A stretch of 64,000 nt of DNA from Malacoraja senta (GCA_038087875.1 CM075990.1:13578001-13642000); one strand, 5' to 3'; shown: positions 13,940 through 26,727, counted from the first letter of the stretch. Program-made: numbers and translations. The notes: a model not told the origin generated them from the sequence alone.

Positions 13940-14210
13940 TGTCCTCTCTGATGGCTGTTGAACATCCCATGGCACTATTTAAAAAGAAAAGTGAAAGTTC
14001 TTCTGAACTGCTAACCAACACTTAACCCTGAACCAGAAACTAAAAAAACAGATGATTTGGCTATTGGTTTAATTGCTGTTTGTGGGATTGTCCATATTTT
14101 GTGCATTGCAACAATGATTCCAATTCATATAAAGTGCTTAGTTGTTTGTAAAGTGCTTTGGGATGCCCTGAGGTTGTAAAAGGTTGTAAAATAAAATTGT
14201 AAGTCTTTCT
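13940..14210 (+). mobile_element. Old Deu-domain SINE (SacSINE1/AmnSINE1-like)
   Basis: catcccatggcactattt...attgctgtttgtggga...gtaaagtgctttgggatgccctgaggttgtaaaagg matches the Deu domain and tail as I recall them, and recurs in the window. Confidence 0.65.
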
Positions 14211-15199
14211 ATTGTTTCTACCAGCTGTGTTCCCCAGTATAATCAATCCAGTATTGCAGGAAACAATGGAACAGCAGGTCCGAGGACATGTGAAGCTCCT
14301 TTTAAATTAAGGGCATCTTTTGGATTGAAGTGACTGTCCGTACGATTTCTCACTAAGTCTCATCTTTAATAGCAATATTCATCTCACCTACAAAGAGTAC
14401 CAATGCCTACTCTTAGGCATTGCTTAAAGTTGTAATACATGTCATATGAATGCAAACTTTTCCAAAATCACATACATTTCTGCACATTTTACTGCAACAT
14501 GTTTTGCATTCCTGCCTGAATAAATTTGTAAAGCGATTGCTTAAGAGCCCTGACCTCCCATTTTTGTTTCCAACTACTTTTATTGATTAAATTGAAATAT
14601 TCTTTGTCCAAATTAGAATGATTTTAAGTCAAAAAAATCGAATCGTTTCTCTGAAGCAGGATTAGCTGAAAGTGATGTTAAAACAGGTAATTCCCCGTGC
14701 TGGGAACCTAAGTAACGATTAGCTGCACCTGGAATTCAAATGGTTAATATCTGTTGCTGCAAATAAACTACTTAATAGTAAAAGTGATGAGGAGATGTTA
14801 TGAAAGCGGCAATCAAACGTTTGGTGACAGAAAGGGTGTAAAATATTTTGATGCCGGGGGAAAGAGCCAGTTAGCCCTACTGTGCTGAAGGGACAATCTG
14901 CCCTTGGTTCAGTAAATTTTGCAATTGAGTAGTAGTGCATTCAGTTTGCAGTCAATGAAGTCTGTTGACCATAATGTTTCATGGGGAAAATTGGTCTGGA
15001 AACTCACCAGTCTCTGGTGAGATATGTTAACAATGCAAAGTGTTGGGACCAATATGTTTTTGGATGGACTTAGTGCTGCAGAATCTTAGCATCCTGTGTA
15101 TGAGCGCTTGGCATGTTGGAATTGGGATTTTCTATTTGGCTCACCATTGCATAGTCAATGAAGGAAAACGTGTGGATTTGCAACCAATTTGCACACATT

Positions 15200-15347
15200 G
15201 ATGTGTGTATATATTTATATAATGGTATATGGACTCACTGGTATGTTCTGTATTCATGCCTACTATATTCTGTTGTGCTGAAGCAAAGCAAGAATTTCAT
15301 TGTCCTATCTGGGACACATGACAATAAACTCACTTGACTTGACTTGA
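15200..15347 (+). mobile_element. LINE 3' UTR remnant with (ACTTG)n tail
   Basis: gcaagaatttcattgt...catgacaataaactcacttgacttgacttga; clade not certain (Rex/L2-type). Confidence 0.5.
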
Positions 15348-16059
15348 AGTCACATGTCAAGATGGTCCAAGGGAAGTGAGAGCAGAGGGAAAGGAGGAAT
15401 CTCGCTGTCAAAGCATGAGTGTGGTAGGGTTGTAGCAGTTAGTTCAAATGGGATTTGGGGGTTGCAAGAACAGGTAGATTTGGACAGAGGGAATGGGTAG
15501 AGAGAGTTTTATATTTGTTTAAGGAGGAGGAGGAGTTGCTGGAGTTTCACAAAGCAATGAAAATATGGAAGTATCATCCAGATGTGCTCCGTTTTCCTGT
15601 GCAGGTGGCTCTGTGCTTTAATATGTCAGACACATGGAGGACTCAGAAGGGAAATCGGAACTGTGCAATAAGTCATTTTCACAATTTCTCAGAAACCTTT
15701 ATTGCATAATGACATAAAGATTGTGCTATGTATCTTTTTCTAAGACATTCGGTTTTGTCAGTTAAAAATGTTGATTTTTGTTAAAATGTTACGTGCAATA
15801 AAAAATTACCCAAATCACACTTGTGAAAAATTACACTCTATTAACATTCCTGTGGCACCAGTGCAAAATAAATTGTTTTTATTTCCGCACATGTGTTCCT
15901 TTGCCTCTGGGTCAGAAATGGTTCAAGTTCAATTGCACCATCCTGTGCACTAAATGCCAGGATGACGCTGCAGTGAAGTGCTGAGAGAGTTCTATGCTGC
16001 CAGAGATGCCATCTCTGAGATGAGATGTTAAATTGAAAGCTTGTCTACCTTCTCAGTTA

Positions 16060-16376
16060 AGGGCCTGTCCCACTGTACGAGGTAATTCAAGAGCTCTCCC
16101 GAGTTTTAAAAAAAATCAAACTCGTGGCAAGCACGTAGAATGTACGTAGCGGGTACGTCGGAGCTCGGGACGTCTCCTAGCGGCTCGTAACGCTAACGGC
16201 AGGTACTCGGGAAATGCGGTAAGCTCGTGAAGACTCGTGAAGATTTTTCAACATGTTGAAAAATGTCCACGAGAGCCCCGAGTACCGACGAGCGGCTATT
16301 ACCGTAATTCTCCGAGTTCGAATCAGGGGCAACTCGGGAGAACTCGTGAATTAGCTCGTACAGTGGGACAGGCCCT
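16060..16376. mobile_element. PIF/Harbinger-type MITE, 317 bp, inserted in a Deu-SINE
   Basis: TIR agggcctgtcccactgtacgag / ctcgtacagtgggacaggccct, TTA duplicated at 16057-16059 and 16377-16379, no coding capacity. Confidence 0.88.
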
Positions 16377-18021
16377 TTAGACGTAAAAGAACCTATGAGA
16401 ATATTTTGAAGTGAGCAGGGAGTTATTCAGTTCTCCAGCATCATTAAAAACAGGGTACGTTGCCATTCTGCTGGTGATACCTAGCTGTCTACAAATTAGC
16501 CACATGTTTCCTGCATTACAAACAGGATCTCCACTTTTTAAATTACTTCTTTGGATTAGAGTCTTATGGGATGTATTGAAGTTAGAAACGGCAAAGCAGA
16601 AATCAACTCTTTCTTCTCTCTTTAATAAAAACTTATGTTTACCCCACCTCATCACCCCCTTTAAAGGAATCCCACCATGCTTGAGCAGTGGATTGGTTTG
16701 ACGAGAAGAGATATTTATTTATACACGGAGGGGTTCATTTAGGACCTGCAAATCTTTGCACCGTACTTTTCTTGGAGCAAGTAATATTGGCTGGAATATG
16801 GGTTTATGAAAGGTGTGAGAGTTGTTCCTCTCTCTTTCCACGCAACCTTTTTTGGGAGAAACTCCAAGGGAAAAAGTCTTTAGATGTATCGTGCAGACAC
16901 TGCATGGAGTAGAACTCTGACCCAGGGGATCTTCTGGCCACTTTATAAACCTGTACTGACTCCTCTGAATGATGTTCCTGGAAATGTTCCTAAAACATGG
17001 TACTTTTACAACAAAAAAGCAATTTTCATCTTAATTGTGACCACATGGACCCCTCTGCATGTCTCAGGGAGCATACTGGTGAGAGGCACTGAAAACACTA
17101 TCTAGCTGGAACAAGTTATTGTTCTGAATCGGTCCTATCAAGTATAACATTGCCCTTTACTTCACAAGATGTTTGAATCACCATAATTCTTTCACTGGCC
17201 AAACGGGAATACTTTGTTCTCTGACAACAAAAACTGGCATAAAGTGCTCAAAGTCACTTGGTTTCTGAAAGAACCCACTCCATCTAATGATAATCTTTCC
17301 CTCTTAATGCACAAGATGTATTTCACTTTAATGAAAAGTTGGTCCTAATGCAATAAAGCATGTGCAATGCATTTCTGTAATATGCTGCCCTGACATAACA
17401 TTGTCATTTTTCTGCAGTCAATTTGAATTACAGTGGTACAATATTGCTACTATATGTATTTTGTGCTTCTTATAAATATATCATAACAGATTAATATTAT
17501 ACTTTCATAAACTTATAATAGACCTTTCTAAACATCTGCCATGAATATCTACACTACATTTGTGTGATACACATCTAAGCCATATGTCTCGATCTCAGAT
17601 TAAGGGGTGGGCTGTTTAGGTTTGAGGTAAGGATTAATTTCTTGGTTGTTGAATCTGTAGCATTCTCTATCCCAAGGGGCTGTGGAAACATTGAGTTAAT
17701 TCAAAACAGAGATGAAACGATTTCTAGATATGATGGGAATTATGGATGGGGATAGCGCAGGGAAATGGAGCTGATGTATATCAGTCGGGCGTAGATCAGG
17801 ATGGCCAAGCAAGCTTCCTCTTTTGTTCTCAATAATATACCATGTTAATTAATCTGCTATAATACATCCCCTCTATTAAATCATTGCATCAATACATTAC
17901 TGTATTATACTACCCTAACTAATTTCCTCTGTGTACTGCTTTAATACACTTAAATTCCTAGTGTGATATTATTCCACATGGATGGAATAAGAAGTTGTGT
18001 GTCAAGGAGGATTCTTTAAGA

Positions 18022-18216
18022 TAGACAAAAGTGCTGGAGAAACTCAGCGGGTGCAGCAGCATCTCTGGAGCGAAGGAAATGGGCAACGTTTCAGGCCGAA
18101 ACACTTCCTAACTTTCGGCCTGAAACATTGCTCCATAGATGCTGCTGCACCCGCTGAGTTTCTCCAGCACTTTTGTCTACCTTCAATTTTCCAGCATCTG
18201 CAGTTCCTTCTTAAAC
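18022..18216. mobile_element. Fold-back Penelope-derived insertion
   Basis: Inverted arms, tail on the right arm only, 14-bp duplication aggattctttaaga (18008-18021 / 18217-18230). Confidence 0.85.
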
Positions 18217-19177
18217 AGGATTCTTTAAGACATCTGTGAGCTGGAAAATGATCATTGTTGTTTAAAAGTAACAGCGTGTCTTGGTTATTGGTCTCCATCA
18301 TACTACTTCGATTAACTTCAAAACTAATGTACATTTTCAGCCCTGAATACGAGGTGAGTTTTGACTGCTTTTGGTTTCCGAGATGTAGCAGTTTAATAAA
18401 TTAGCTGACAGGAAGTAGATTATTGTTAAAACCGCTGGATGTCAAGGGAGCATCCTCTCATCAGCTGGTCAAAGTAGGAGGCATTTATTTCCAGGCTTCC
18501 ACAGTGAAGTCACTGTACCAGCCCAGACATTTGCATGATTCATGGGACTAAAAAACACATCGTGCCTTGAGAAAATGTACTGGTTTGAATGGGCCAATTA
18601 AGTTAATTAGTTAACTAACCCATTACTCTTTGCCTTGCAAAGGGGGAGAATATTAAACAAGTCAAATCAGGTCAGACTAATCCATCAGAAGAGGTGTAAC
18701 ATTGAACCTGCTGCTCCAAAGGAGGTGTTAAATGTAGCATTTCCTCTTTTCCTATTGGATTCATTCCTCATAGAATCAAATTTGAGTTCAACAGCAGGAA
18801 ATATATTAAAAGGCTGTGCTAATGAAAGTGAAATGCAGCATTTGGAACTGGTGTCACAGAGTAATCCAGTGACAAAAAAAATCCTCAATGTTGGCATATC
18901 TGGAGGTGCCTGAGAGCAGATTAGAAACACACAAACAACAGTTCATGAAGTCCTCGAGCAGCTTTCACAGCAGCTGAAGGAAGGCCCAGCATTTCAAAAA
19001 CACATCGCATCTCAATGCACCTCCCACATGGTGTACTTACCTTCATAGAAACTTTGAAATCTTTAAGAGTCAACTCTGTCATTGAGTGAGATCATTGGCT
19101 GATCGTCAATCTCTTTACCATACTCTTACTCTCTTCCCACATGCCTTGATGCCATTTACATTTTGAATTTTATCTGT

Positions 19178-19352
19178 AGAAAGAAAGAACTGCAGATGCT
19201 GCTTAACACACAAAGTGCAGGAGTAACGCAGCAGGTCAGGCAGCATCTCTGGAGAACATGGATAAGTGACGTTTCAGGTCGTTAAATGTTACATATCCAT
19301 GTTCTCTAGAGATGCTGCCTGACCTGCTCAACTACTCCAGCACTTTGCGTCC
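19178..19352. mobile_element. Older fold-back Penelope-derived insertion within a degenerate CR1
   Basis: gaactgcagatgctg...ggcagcatctctggagaacatgga...tccatgttctctagagatgctgcc. Confidence 0.7.
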
Positions 19353-20169
19353 TTTTAGAATTGTTTCTAGCTGCTTAAAAATATTCACTGAATAAACAAT
19401 TAGAGTCCTCTGTGGTAGTGGTTTCCGCAGGTTCACTGGTCTTTGATTGTAGAAATTTCTCCTTATCTCAGTACTAAAGCTCTTGCCCTGTAACCTGTAT
19501 CCTAGACAGATCAACTAGGGGAAACATTCTCCCCATATCCACTTTATCTAGCTCAGTCAGCATTTTGTAAGTTTCTGTTAGATATCTAATTTTTCTAAGC
19601 TCTAGTGAATGCAAGCCAAGTTGACAATATCTCCACAAATAGCAATCATGCTGTCCTGGGAATCAGTCAGGTGAATCTATACTACACCCCCTCACTAGGT
19701 ATCTTTGTAAAACACTATAGCACAAGAACAGGTCCTTCGGCCCACAATGTCCATGCCGAACATGATACCTAACCTAATCTAATTAAACGGATCTCCTCTG
19801 TCTGCATGTGATCCATTTCCCTCCATTCCCTGCATTTCCATGGGGCTATCTAAAAGTCAAGTAAGGAGATCAAAACCTCACATAGGATGCCAAATGTGGT
19901 CTCAAAAAGACCCTGCATAATTATTGCCAGACAAATTTGGCTCCTGTACTCAAATCATCTATTTGCCTTCATAAATGTATGCTACACCTGTACAAGAACA
20001 CCGTCTCTTTGTATATCAATGCCTTCCAAAATACACACTTTAAACAATACATCACTTCGCCGTTTTTGCTGCTGAAGCCGATAACTCAATGTTTTACTAA
20101 GTCCTCATTGTCCGAGATGTAAGGACGAACACTTCTTGTCGATAATAAAAAATATGATACCACTAGGAG

Positions 20170-20387
20170 GTTGACAAAAATGCTGGAGAAACTCAGCGGG
20201 TGAGGCAGCATCTATGGAGTGAAGGAATAGGCGAAGTTTCGGGTCTTCAGACCCTCAGTCTGAAGAATGGTCTCGACCCGAAACGTCGCCTATTCCTTCG
20301 CTCCATAGGTGCTGCCTCACCCGCTGAGTTTCTCCAGCATTTTTGTCTACCTTCAATATTTCCGGCATCTGGAGTTCTTTCTTAAAC
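20170..20387. mobile_element. Fold-back Penelope-derived insertion
   Basis: Inverted arms, 13-bp duplication ataccactaggag (20157-20169 / 20388-20400). Confidence 0.85.
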
Positions 20388-20854
20388 ATACCACTAGGAG
20401 AACAGTTTTGTACCTAAAATATCCACTAAATAAACATAAATATGCCCCATCATGTTCTCAAAAAATGGCACACATTAATAAACAAGTGCCTAAAATAGCT
20501 ACAGAGAACGATATTTCCATTGAATGAATTGATACTTACAAGCAGTGATCAGTTTTGAAATCACATGGTACAGCTGTACATTTGAAGACTACTTTCGCAA
20601 ACAGTTCCAAGGATGGAGCCACTGACATCATGGATCTTGAAGCTGATTGCATTTGCACAAAGATTGGTTTCTTAACATGTATAAATATGTTTGTCAACAA
20701 AGTCTGAGATGGGGCAGACCTCATGAGTATGTGGATTATTGGTTATCAAGTCATCAGGCTATAAGGACTGATTGTGCACTGTTTTTGAGAGTAGCGTTGT
20801 TGGATGCAGGAAACTCGGCAGCTAAATTGTGCAGAGAAAGCTCCCACAAACAAC

Positions 20855-21056
20855 CATGCAGGACAGAAGGCCACAGGAGATCCTTCTTCCCTGTGGCTAT
20901 CAAACTGTACTACTCCTCCCCCTTCTGTTGTGGAATAGAATGATCCCCCTCCCCAATCTTTGCACATCCCCAATCTTTTCCACTCGTCACTTTAATTTCA
21001 TGTTTCATGTCTCTTGTGTTTTATGACTGTTGGCAGATCAATTTCCCTCCTGGGAT
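20855..21056 (+). mobile_element. Rex1/Babar-type LINE 3' end
   Basis: CRTEGHRRSFFPVAIKLYYSS plus a 3' UTR homologous to the copy at 24032-24840. Confidence 0.75.
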
Positions 21057-21776
21057 AGAAACATAGAAACATAGAAAATAGGTGCAGGAGTAGGCCATTC
21101 GGCCCTTCGAGCCTGCACCGCCATTCAATATGATCATGGCTGATCATCCAACTCAGTATCCTGTACCTGCCTTCTCTCCATACCCCCTGATCCCTTTATC
21201 CACAAGGGCCACATCTAACTCCCTCTTAAAAATAGCCAATGAACTGGCCTCAACTACCTTCTGTGGCAGAGAGTTCCAGAGATTCACCACTCTCTGTGTG
21301 AAAAATGTTTTTCTCATCTCGGTCCTAAAAGACTTCCCCCTTATCCTTAAACTGTGACCCCTTGTCCTGGACTTCCCCAACATCGGGAACAATCTTCCTG
21401 CATCTAGCCAGTCCAACCCCTTAAGAATCTTGTAAGTTTCTATAAGATCCCCCCTCAATCTTCTAAATTCTAGCGAGTACAAGCCGAGTCTATCCAGTCT
21501 TTCTTCATATGAAAGTCCTGACATCCCAGGAATCAGTCTGGTGAACCTTCTCTGTACTCCCTCTTTGGCAAGAATGTCATTCCTCAGATTAGGAGACCAA
21601 AACTGTACGCAATACTCCAGGTGTGGTCTCACCAAGACCCTGTACAACTGCAGTAGAACCTCCCTGCTCCTATACTCAAATCCTTTTGCTATGTATGCTA
21701 ACATACCATTCGCTTTCTTCACTGCCTGCTGCACCTGCATGCCTACTTTCAATGACTGGTGTACCATGACACCCAG
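21057..21776 (-). mobile_element. Young 5'-truncated CR1 LINE (HER1-like)
   Basis: Uninterrupted ORF2 C-terminus (LVRPHLEYCVQFWSP...RRLRGDLIETYKI...TRGHSL...FFTQRVVNLWNSLP) and a (TCTATGTT)n tail. Confidence 0.93.
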
Positions 21777-21796
21777 GTAAACAAAATTATATCGTA

Positions 21797-21890
21797 TCGA
21801 AGGTAGACAAAAAGCTGGAGAACTCAGCGGGTGAGGCAGCATCTATGGAGCGAAGGAATGGGTGACGTTTCGGGTCGAGACCCTTGTTCA
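21797..21890 (-). mobile_element. Single arm of the Penelope-derived repeat
   Basis: cgaaggtagacaaaaagctggagaactcagcgggtgaggcagc...gacgtttcgggtcgagaccctt. Confidence 0.7.
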
Positions 21891-23175
21891 TACTATCGTA
21901 TCGTATCGTTTGCGAATAAGAATGTGTCCTTTAGCTCCAGAGACATTTGCCACTCTGGAAACATTTCTGGGTGACCCCACTAGGGGGAGCACCTTGCTGC
22001 ACCATCACGTCAAGCCAGCATTGAGAGGACTGGCTGAAAGTCACTCTTGGGGCAGTAGCAAACAGCTCCTGCCTGGAACGACAACAGAAATTAAGAGCAA
22101 AGGAAGTAAATTCTTGTTCACTTGATCTGAATGTCTGTTATTAGCCAATTTATTTTTTAACGGATTTGTTTAAGTTAACAATAAATACTAATAACGCTGA
22201 GCAGGTTGTTTTGACAATTGCCCATGGACGAAGATGAATTGTGAAAGGCCCCTGCCTCAGATATATGTTTTGATGACAATTAAGGGGAGGGACTGAAGAA
22301 CAGGTGCTGAGTTCTTTGTTTTATAAACCATTATGGATATTATCCCGCCATAACGGTACACAGCAGGAAGCTTTGCTCCATTTCCAATCAATAGGCGAAC
22401 AGAAAGCTAACTGGTCAGGCCCAGCGCCACAGGATGGATGACGGTAATTAACCCGCTCACTTTGGGGGTAGAAAGGAAGAGTATCCTCTCTCCACAAATA
22501 CATCAGAAATGAAGAGTCGCTGTTTAACTGCCTAGATAAGACTTTAATCTCCCCTGTTATCTTAGCCAGGCCATTAAAAAATATACAAATGCTGGTCCTG
22601 CACACTGGTGTAATCAAGTCCATTAGTTGCCACAGCAACCAAGACAAGGGTTAAGTCATTTTCCAGGAGACGAGCACCGCAGATTATAGCAATATGCCAC
22701 CTTATTGTCAATCTTTTTAATTAAAACCTCCTCCTTAGGCAGTGTTAACAGAGGGGGTCTGGTGGCCACAGTAAACATTAAGGGTTGAATTACCTGTCTC
22801 TAATTTCCTGTTGCTCTTTGAGGCTGCTGATCTTGCAGAATCACGGAGAGATTCGCAGTGAGGTAGAGCACGGATAGATACACAGGGCGAACGCTGAGCT
22901 GGGCAACAGAGAAGCAGGAATAGTTAACACAATACATACAGTATTAGACGATGCATGCCTAGTAGTTATATTACCAGACCAAACGTCTAGACTGATTGGA
23001 CATGATTTACAGATGCCACCACAATGGCTGGAGAATGTAATGCTGTAGATGAGGAATCAGTAAGTTGGGGCATGGGGTTGTGAAGGAAGCACGAAACTAT
23101 GAAACTGTTAAACTACAAAAAACCTGGTTCACCTACATCATACAGAGAGGCATTCCATAACATTACCCTGGTTAC

Positions 23176-23304
23176 GGGGTGGGAGATTGCAACCTTCACG
23201 TGGTCCACCCTGTTTCGACGAATGCAATCACCCTGGCGTGCACAATCAAATAAGATCAAATAGAACAAGTTGTCCTACAACTTTAGGCCATACACAAGAA
23301 GAAG
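23176..23304 (+). mobile_element. 129-bp non-LTR retroelement 3' end with (AAG)n tail, possibly Vingi/I-group
   Basis: Perfect 11-bp TSD accctggttac (23165-23175 / 23305-23315); ends gccatacacaagaagaag. Clade assignment is from memory of Vingi termini. Confidence 0.65.
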
Positions 23305-24031
23305 ACCCTGGTTACATAGAAACATTGAAAAATAGGTGCAGGAGTAGGCCATTCGGCCCTTGGAGCCAGCACCGCCATTCAATATGATCTGGGCTGATCA
23401 TCTAAAATCAGTACTGCATTCCTGCTTTCTCCCCATAACCCTTGATTCCTTTAGCCCTAAGAGCTACAGTAAATCTAACTACGCATTGAAATAACACGTT
23501 CAGTGGAATCTATAATATATTGTCAGTGTAGAATCATCACAATTTTTCAAATCCTTTTTAAAATGATAGTGGCTCTTTACTCTGAAATTGTCCAGAGCTG
23601 CTAACTAACAGGTTCAATGATCTGGGCTCATTCCTTGACTTCTGATGCTGTCTTTGTGGAGTTAGCATGTTCTTTTAGTGACCACGTGGGTTTCCTCAGA
23701 GAGCTTCATCTAACATCCCAAAAAAATAAAATGGTGTTTGATGTTTAAGAAGGAACTGCAGATGCTGGAAAATCGAAGGTAGGTTGAATAGTGCTTGATG
23801 GTCACTTTGGGTTGATGGGCCTGTTTCCATGCAGTTTCTCTCTCTCTCTGACTATGTGCTGGTTGGGAAGTTAATTTGTTATTGTTAATTAATTTTTAGT
23901 GTTAAATATTGTTAGAGAGAATAGAATACGGGAAAATAGAATATGGGGAGAATGGAATTGATTGCTTTGAGAGCTTGCATAGACTTTATCGACCAAGTAG
24001 TCCCTTCTTCGATATAATATGATGGAACTTT

Positions 24032-24840
24032 ATTTATCCCAGGAGGGAATTTGGTCATAAAACACAACAAGATATATGAAACATGAAACTAAAGTGACGA
24101 GTGGAAAGTCCAGGATTGGGGATGTGCAAAGATTGGGAGTGGGAAGGGGAGTCAGTCTACCCCTTGACAGAAGGAGGAGGAGTTGTACAGGGTAGCCACA
24201 GGGTAAAAGGTTCTCCTGTGGCATTCTGTGCTGCATCTTGGTGGAACCAGTCTGTTGCTGAAGGTACTCCTCATGTTGACCAGTGTGTCATGGAGGGGGT
24301 GAGCTGCTTTGTCCAGGATGCTCCGCTGTTTGAGGAGCATCCTCTCCTCCAAGATCACCTCCAATGAATCCAACTCCACTCCCAGGACGGAGCCAGCCCC
24401 CCTGATGAGCTTGTTGATTCTGATGGTGTCTGCGGCCTTCGCCCTGCTGCCCCAGCACACGACAGCGTAGAAGATGGCACTGGCCACCACCGGTTGATAG
24501 AACATCTGCAGCTTCTCACTGCAGATGTTGAAAGAGCGGAGCCTCCTCAAAAAGTACAGAAGGCTTTGTCCCTTCTTATACAGGGCCTCAGCGTTCCTGG
24601 ACCAGTCCAGTTTACTGTCCAGGTAAACTCCAAGGTACTTGTACTCCTTGGTAAACTGCACATCCCCACCCTTGATGGAGACGGGGGACACGGGGTGTCC
24701 CTCTCCTCCTAAAGTCCACCACTAACTCCTTAGTTGTGTCGGTGTTGAGCTGCAGTTGATTCAGCCCACACCACTCCACAAAGTCGTTGACTACACCTCT
24801 GTATTCAGCTTCCCCTCACTGACACCTCTGTATTCAGCAG
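24032..24840 (-). mobile_element. 5'-truncated Rex1/Babar-type LINE (RT C-terminal region)
   Basis: ORF 24152-24691: YKYLGVYLDSKLDW...KKGQSLLYFLRRLRSFN...FYQPVVASAIFYAVVCWG...HPLH; tail gggataaataaa. Confidence 0.85.
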
Positions 24841-24899
24841 GAACGGGCACAGACTATACAATGAGAAGAAATGGTGCAATCACAGCTTACGATTTCCAC

Positions 24900-25250
24900 T
24901 GAGTGTTAGCCCAGGAAGTGGATCTCCAGGGAACGCTGCACTGGTGTGGCTACTGCCTTTCATTGAGGTGTTAACTGAAGGCCCCGTCTGTCTTCTCGAG
25001 GAGTAAATATTTCCATGGCATTCTTACAGAGATGAGTAGGGGATTTGTCCCTATTTTCCCAGCCAATTCGTCCCTCACCCAAAGCCTACAATAACAGACC
25101 GTTTGGTCATTTGTGGGAATTTTCCACTTACAACTTGCTGCTATATTTTCTATATTTCAGCAAAGACTACATTCCAAAGTTGCTTCATTGATTGTAATGC
25201 ACTTTGGCACATCCCGAGGTTGTGGAAAGTGCTAGATAAATGAATATTTT
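24900..25250 (+). mobile_element. Old Deu-domain SINE
   Basis: gaggtgttaactgaaggccccgtctg...ccatggca...cactttggcacatcccgaggttgtggaaagtgctagataaatg; homologous to 13940-14210. Confidence 0.65.
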
Positions 25251-25367
25251 CCCTATAAACCAGGTCATGCTTTATTAGTATCCGCGGCTTTTATTACGTT
25301 TAATCTAATCTGGTCCCAGAAAGTCTGGTAGGATCCTGGAATATTATTTTTAAGAAAAAAAAGCTTA

Positions 25368-25684
25368 ACATAGAAACATGGAAAGTAGGTGCAGGAGTAG
25401 GCCATTCGGCCCTTCGAGCCAGCACTGCCATTCAATATGATCATGACAGATCATCCAGAATCAGTATTAAAGAAGGAACTGCAGATGCTGGAAAATCGAA
25501 GGTACACAAAAATGCTGGAGAAACTCAGCGGGAAATTCAGACTGAAGAAGGGTTTCGGCCCGAAACGTTACCTATTTCCTTCCCTCCATAGATGCTGCTG
25601 CACCCGCTGAGTTTCTCCAGCATTTTTGTGTACCATCCAGAATCAGTACCCTGTTCCTGCTTTCTCCCCATATCCCTTGATCCC
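25368..25684 (-). mobile_element. CR1 3' end interrupted by a Penelope-derived insertion (25467-25633)
   Basis: The CR1 tail continues on both sides of a 15-bp duplication catccagaatcagta (25452-25466 / 25634-25648). Confidence 0.85.
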
Positions 25685-26727
25685 GTGATAAACGATAGTT
25701 ATTATAAATGTGCAGCCATAGAAATTCCTTATTATCCAGCTTCCGTCGCTGTTCCTTCCCCAACATCTAACCCAACAGTTTACACACTCTGTGTCCGTAA
25801 CCAAGAAAGAGGGACCTAACTTTGGTTCTTTAACTGCGAATAGATCTTGTGTCATTTACTTATTGCTGCGATAGCTCATGAAAATGGATCTTTCCGATAC
25901 ACCACAGAATGGTTAGGGGGATGACCTGCAGGAACGCTCCAGCAACTGTCCTGGGACCAGGGCTTTAACAGCATAAACTTCAATAAAATGAAAGAGAAAA
26001 CATTTTAAAAATCCATACACTTAAAACGGCTGTGCTCACTTAACAGGTAAGTGAAGCAGAGTGTACCCACTTAGGTGAGTGAGAGTGACAGCTTGTTGTA
26101 AAACAAAGAGGAACATTTGTCATACCATCAAGTCTAATGTATTATAGATAATGCTCAAATTTTAAAAATCAGCATATGCATGGAAATTTGTGTTGGTAAG
26201 CGGATAGAACTAAATGCAGGGTGACTAATATAATCAATATTGTAATAAATAGGAAATGGGCTGTCTATCGAAAATGATAAATTAATCATAAGTATCACTT
26301 CTATGAACCTATTGAGGCTACCTTCCTAAGTATGAAAAGGTGCTTTTATATTTGGAACTTCTACAGTTCCAATTAGGGAAAAAACCCACATCCTTGCTTC
26401 GCTCATTGTTATTTGAAATTGCAGGCTTACAGTTTTTCAGCCAAGATAATGTTTTAGCAAAATACACTTGCTGGTCCGGATACACATTCCCACATATTAG
26501 GTGCTGAAACAGTTTCCTTAACCTAGCAGCTAGATCAAATGGTCTGTAGTTTCAAAATCTTCAATTCTTACCTGGGGAAAGCAGGGATGAATTGTTTTCA
26601 GTGATGCATCGAAGGCTGTGGTGAGACTTTATAGAAGTACATAAAATGATAAGGTGCAGAGATAGGGGAGAAAATTGGAACCTTTTTCCGAGGGTGGAAA
26701 TGTCAAAGACTTGAGTGCGTAGCTTTA

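Noticed and set aside
18329-18360. Possible 13-nt micro-exon (ttttcag|ccctgaatacgag|gtgagt)
   Set aside because: No homology or frame support; such site pairs arise by chance.
21153-21842. Longest ORF (229 aa) as a host gene
   Set aside because: It is a CR1 ORF2 C-terminus; its apparent N-terminus comes from an adjacent Penelope-derived arm.
26010-26052. KRLCSLN followed by a strong cag|gtaagt donor, resembling the missing RLxSLDTFRG exon
   Set aside because: Lacks DTFRG, has an in-frame TAA a few codons upstream, and has no acceptor in between.
26680-26700. ttccgagg|gt could encode FRG plus a donor
   Set aside because: It lies inside a CR1 fragment, and the upstream codons do not match HGSNAT.
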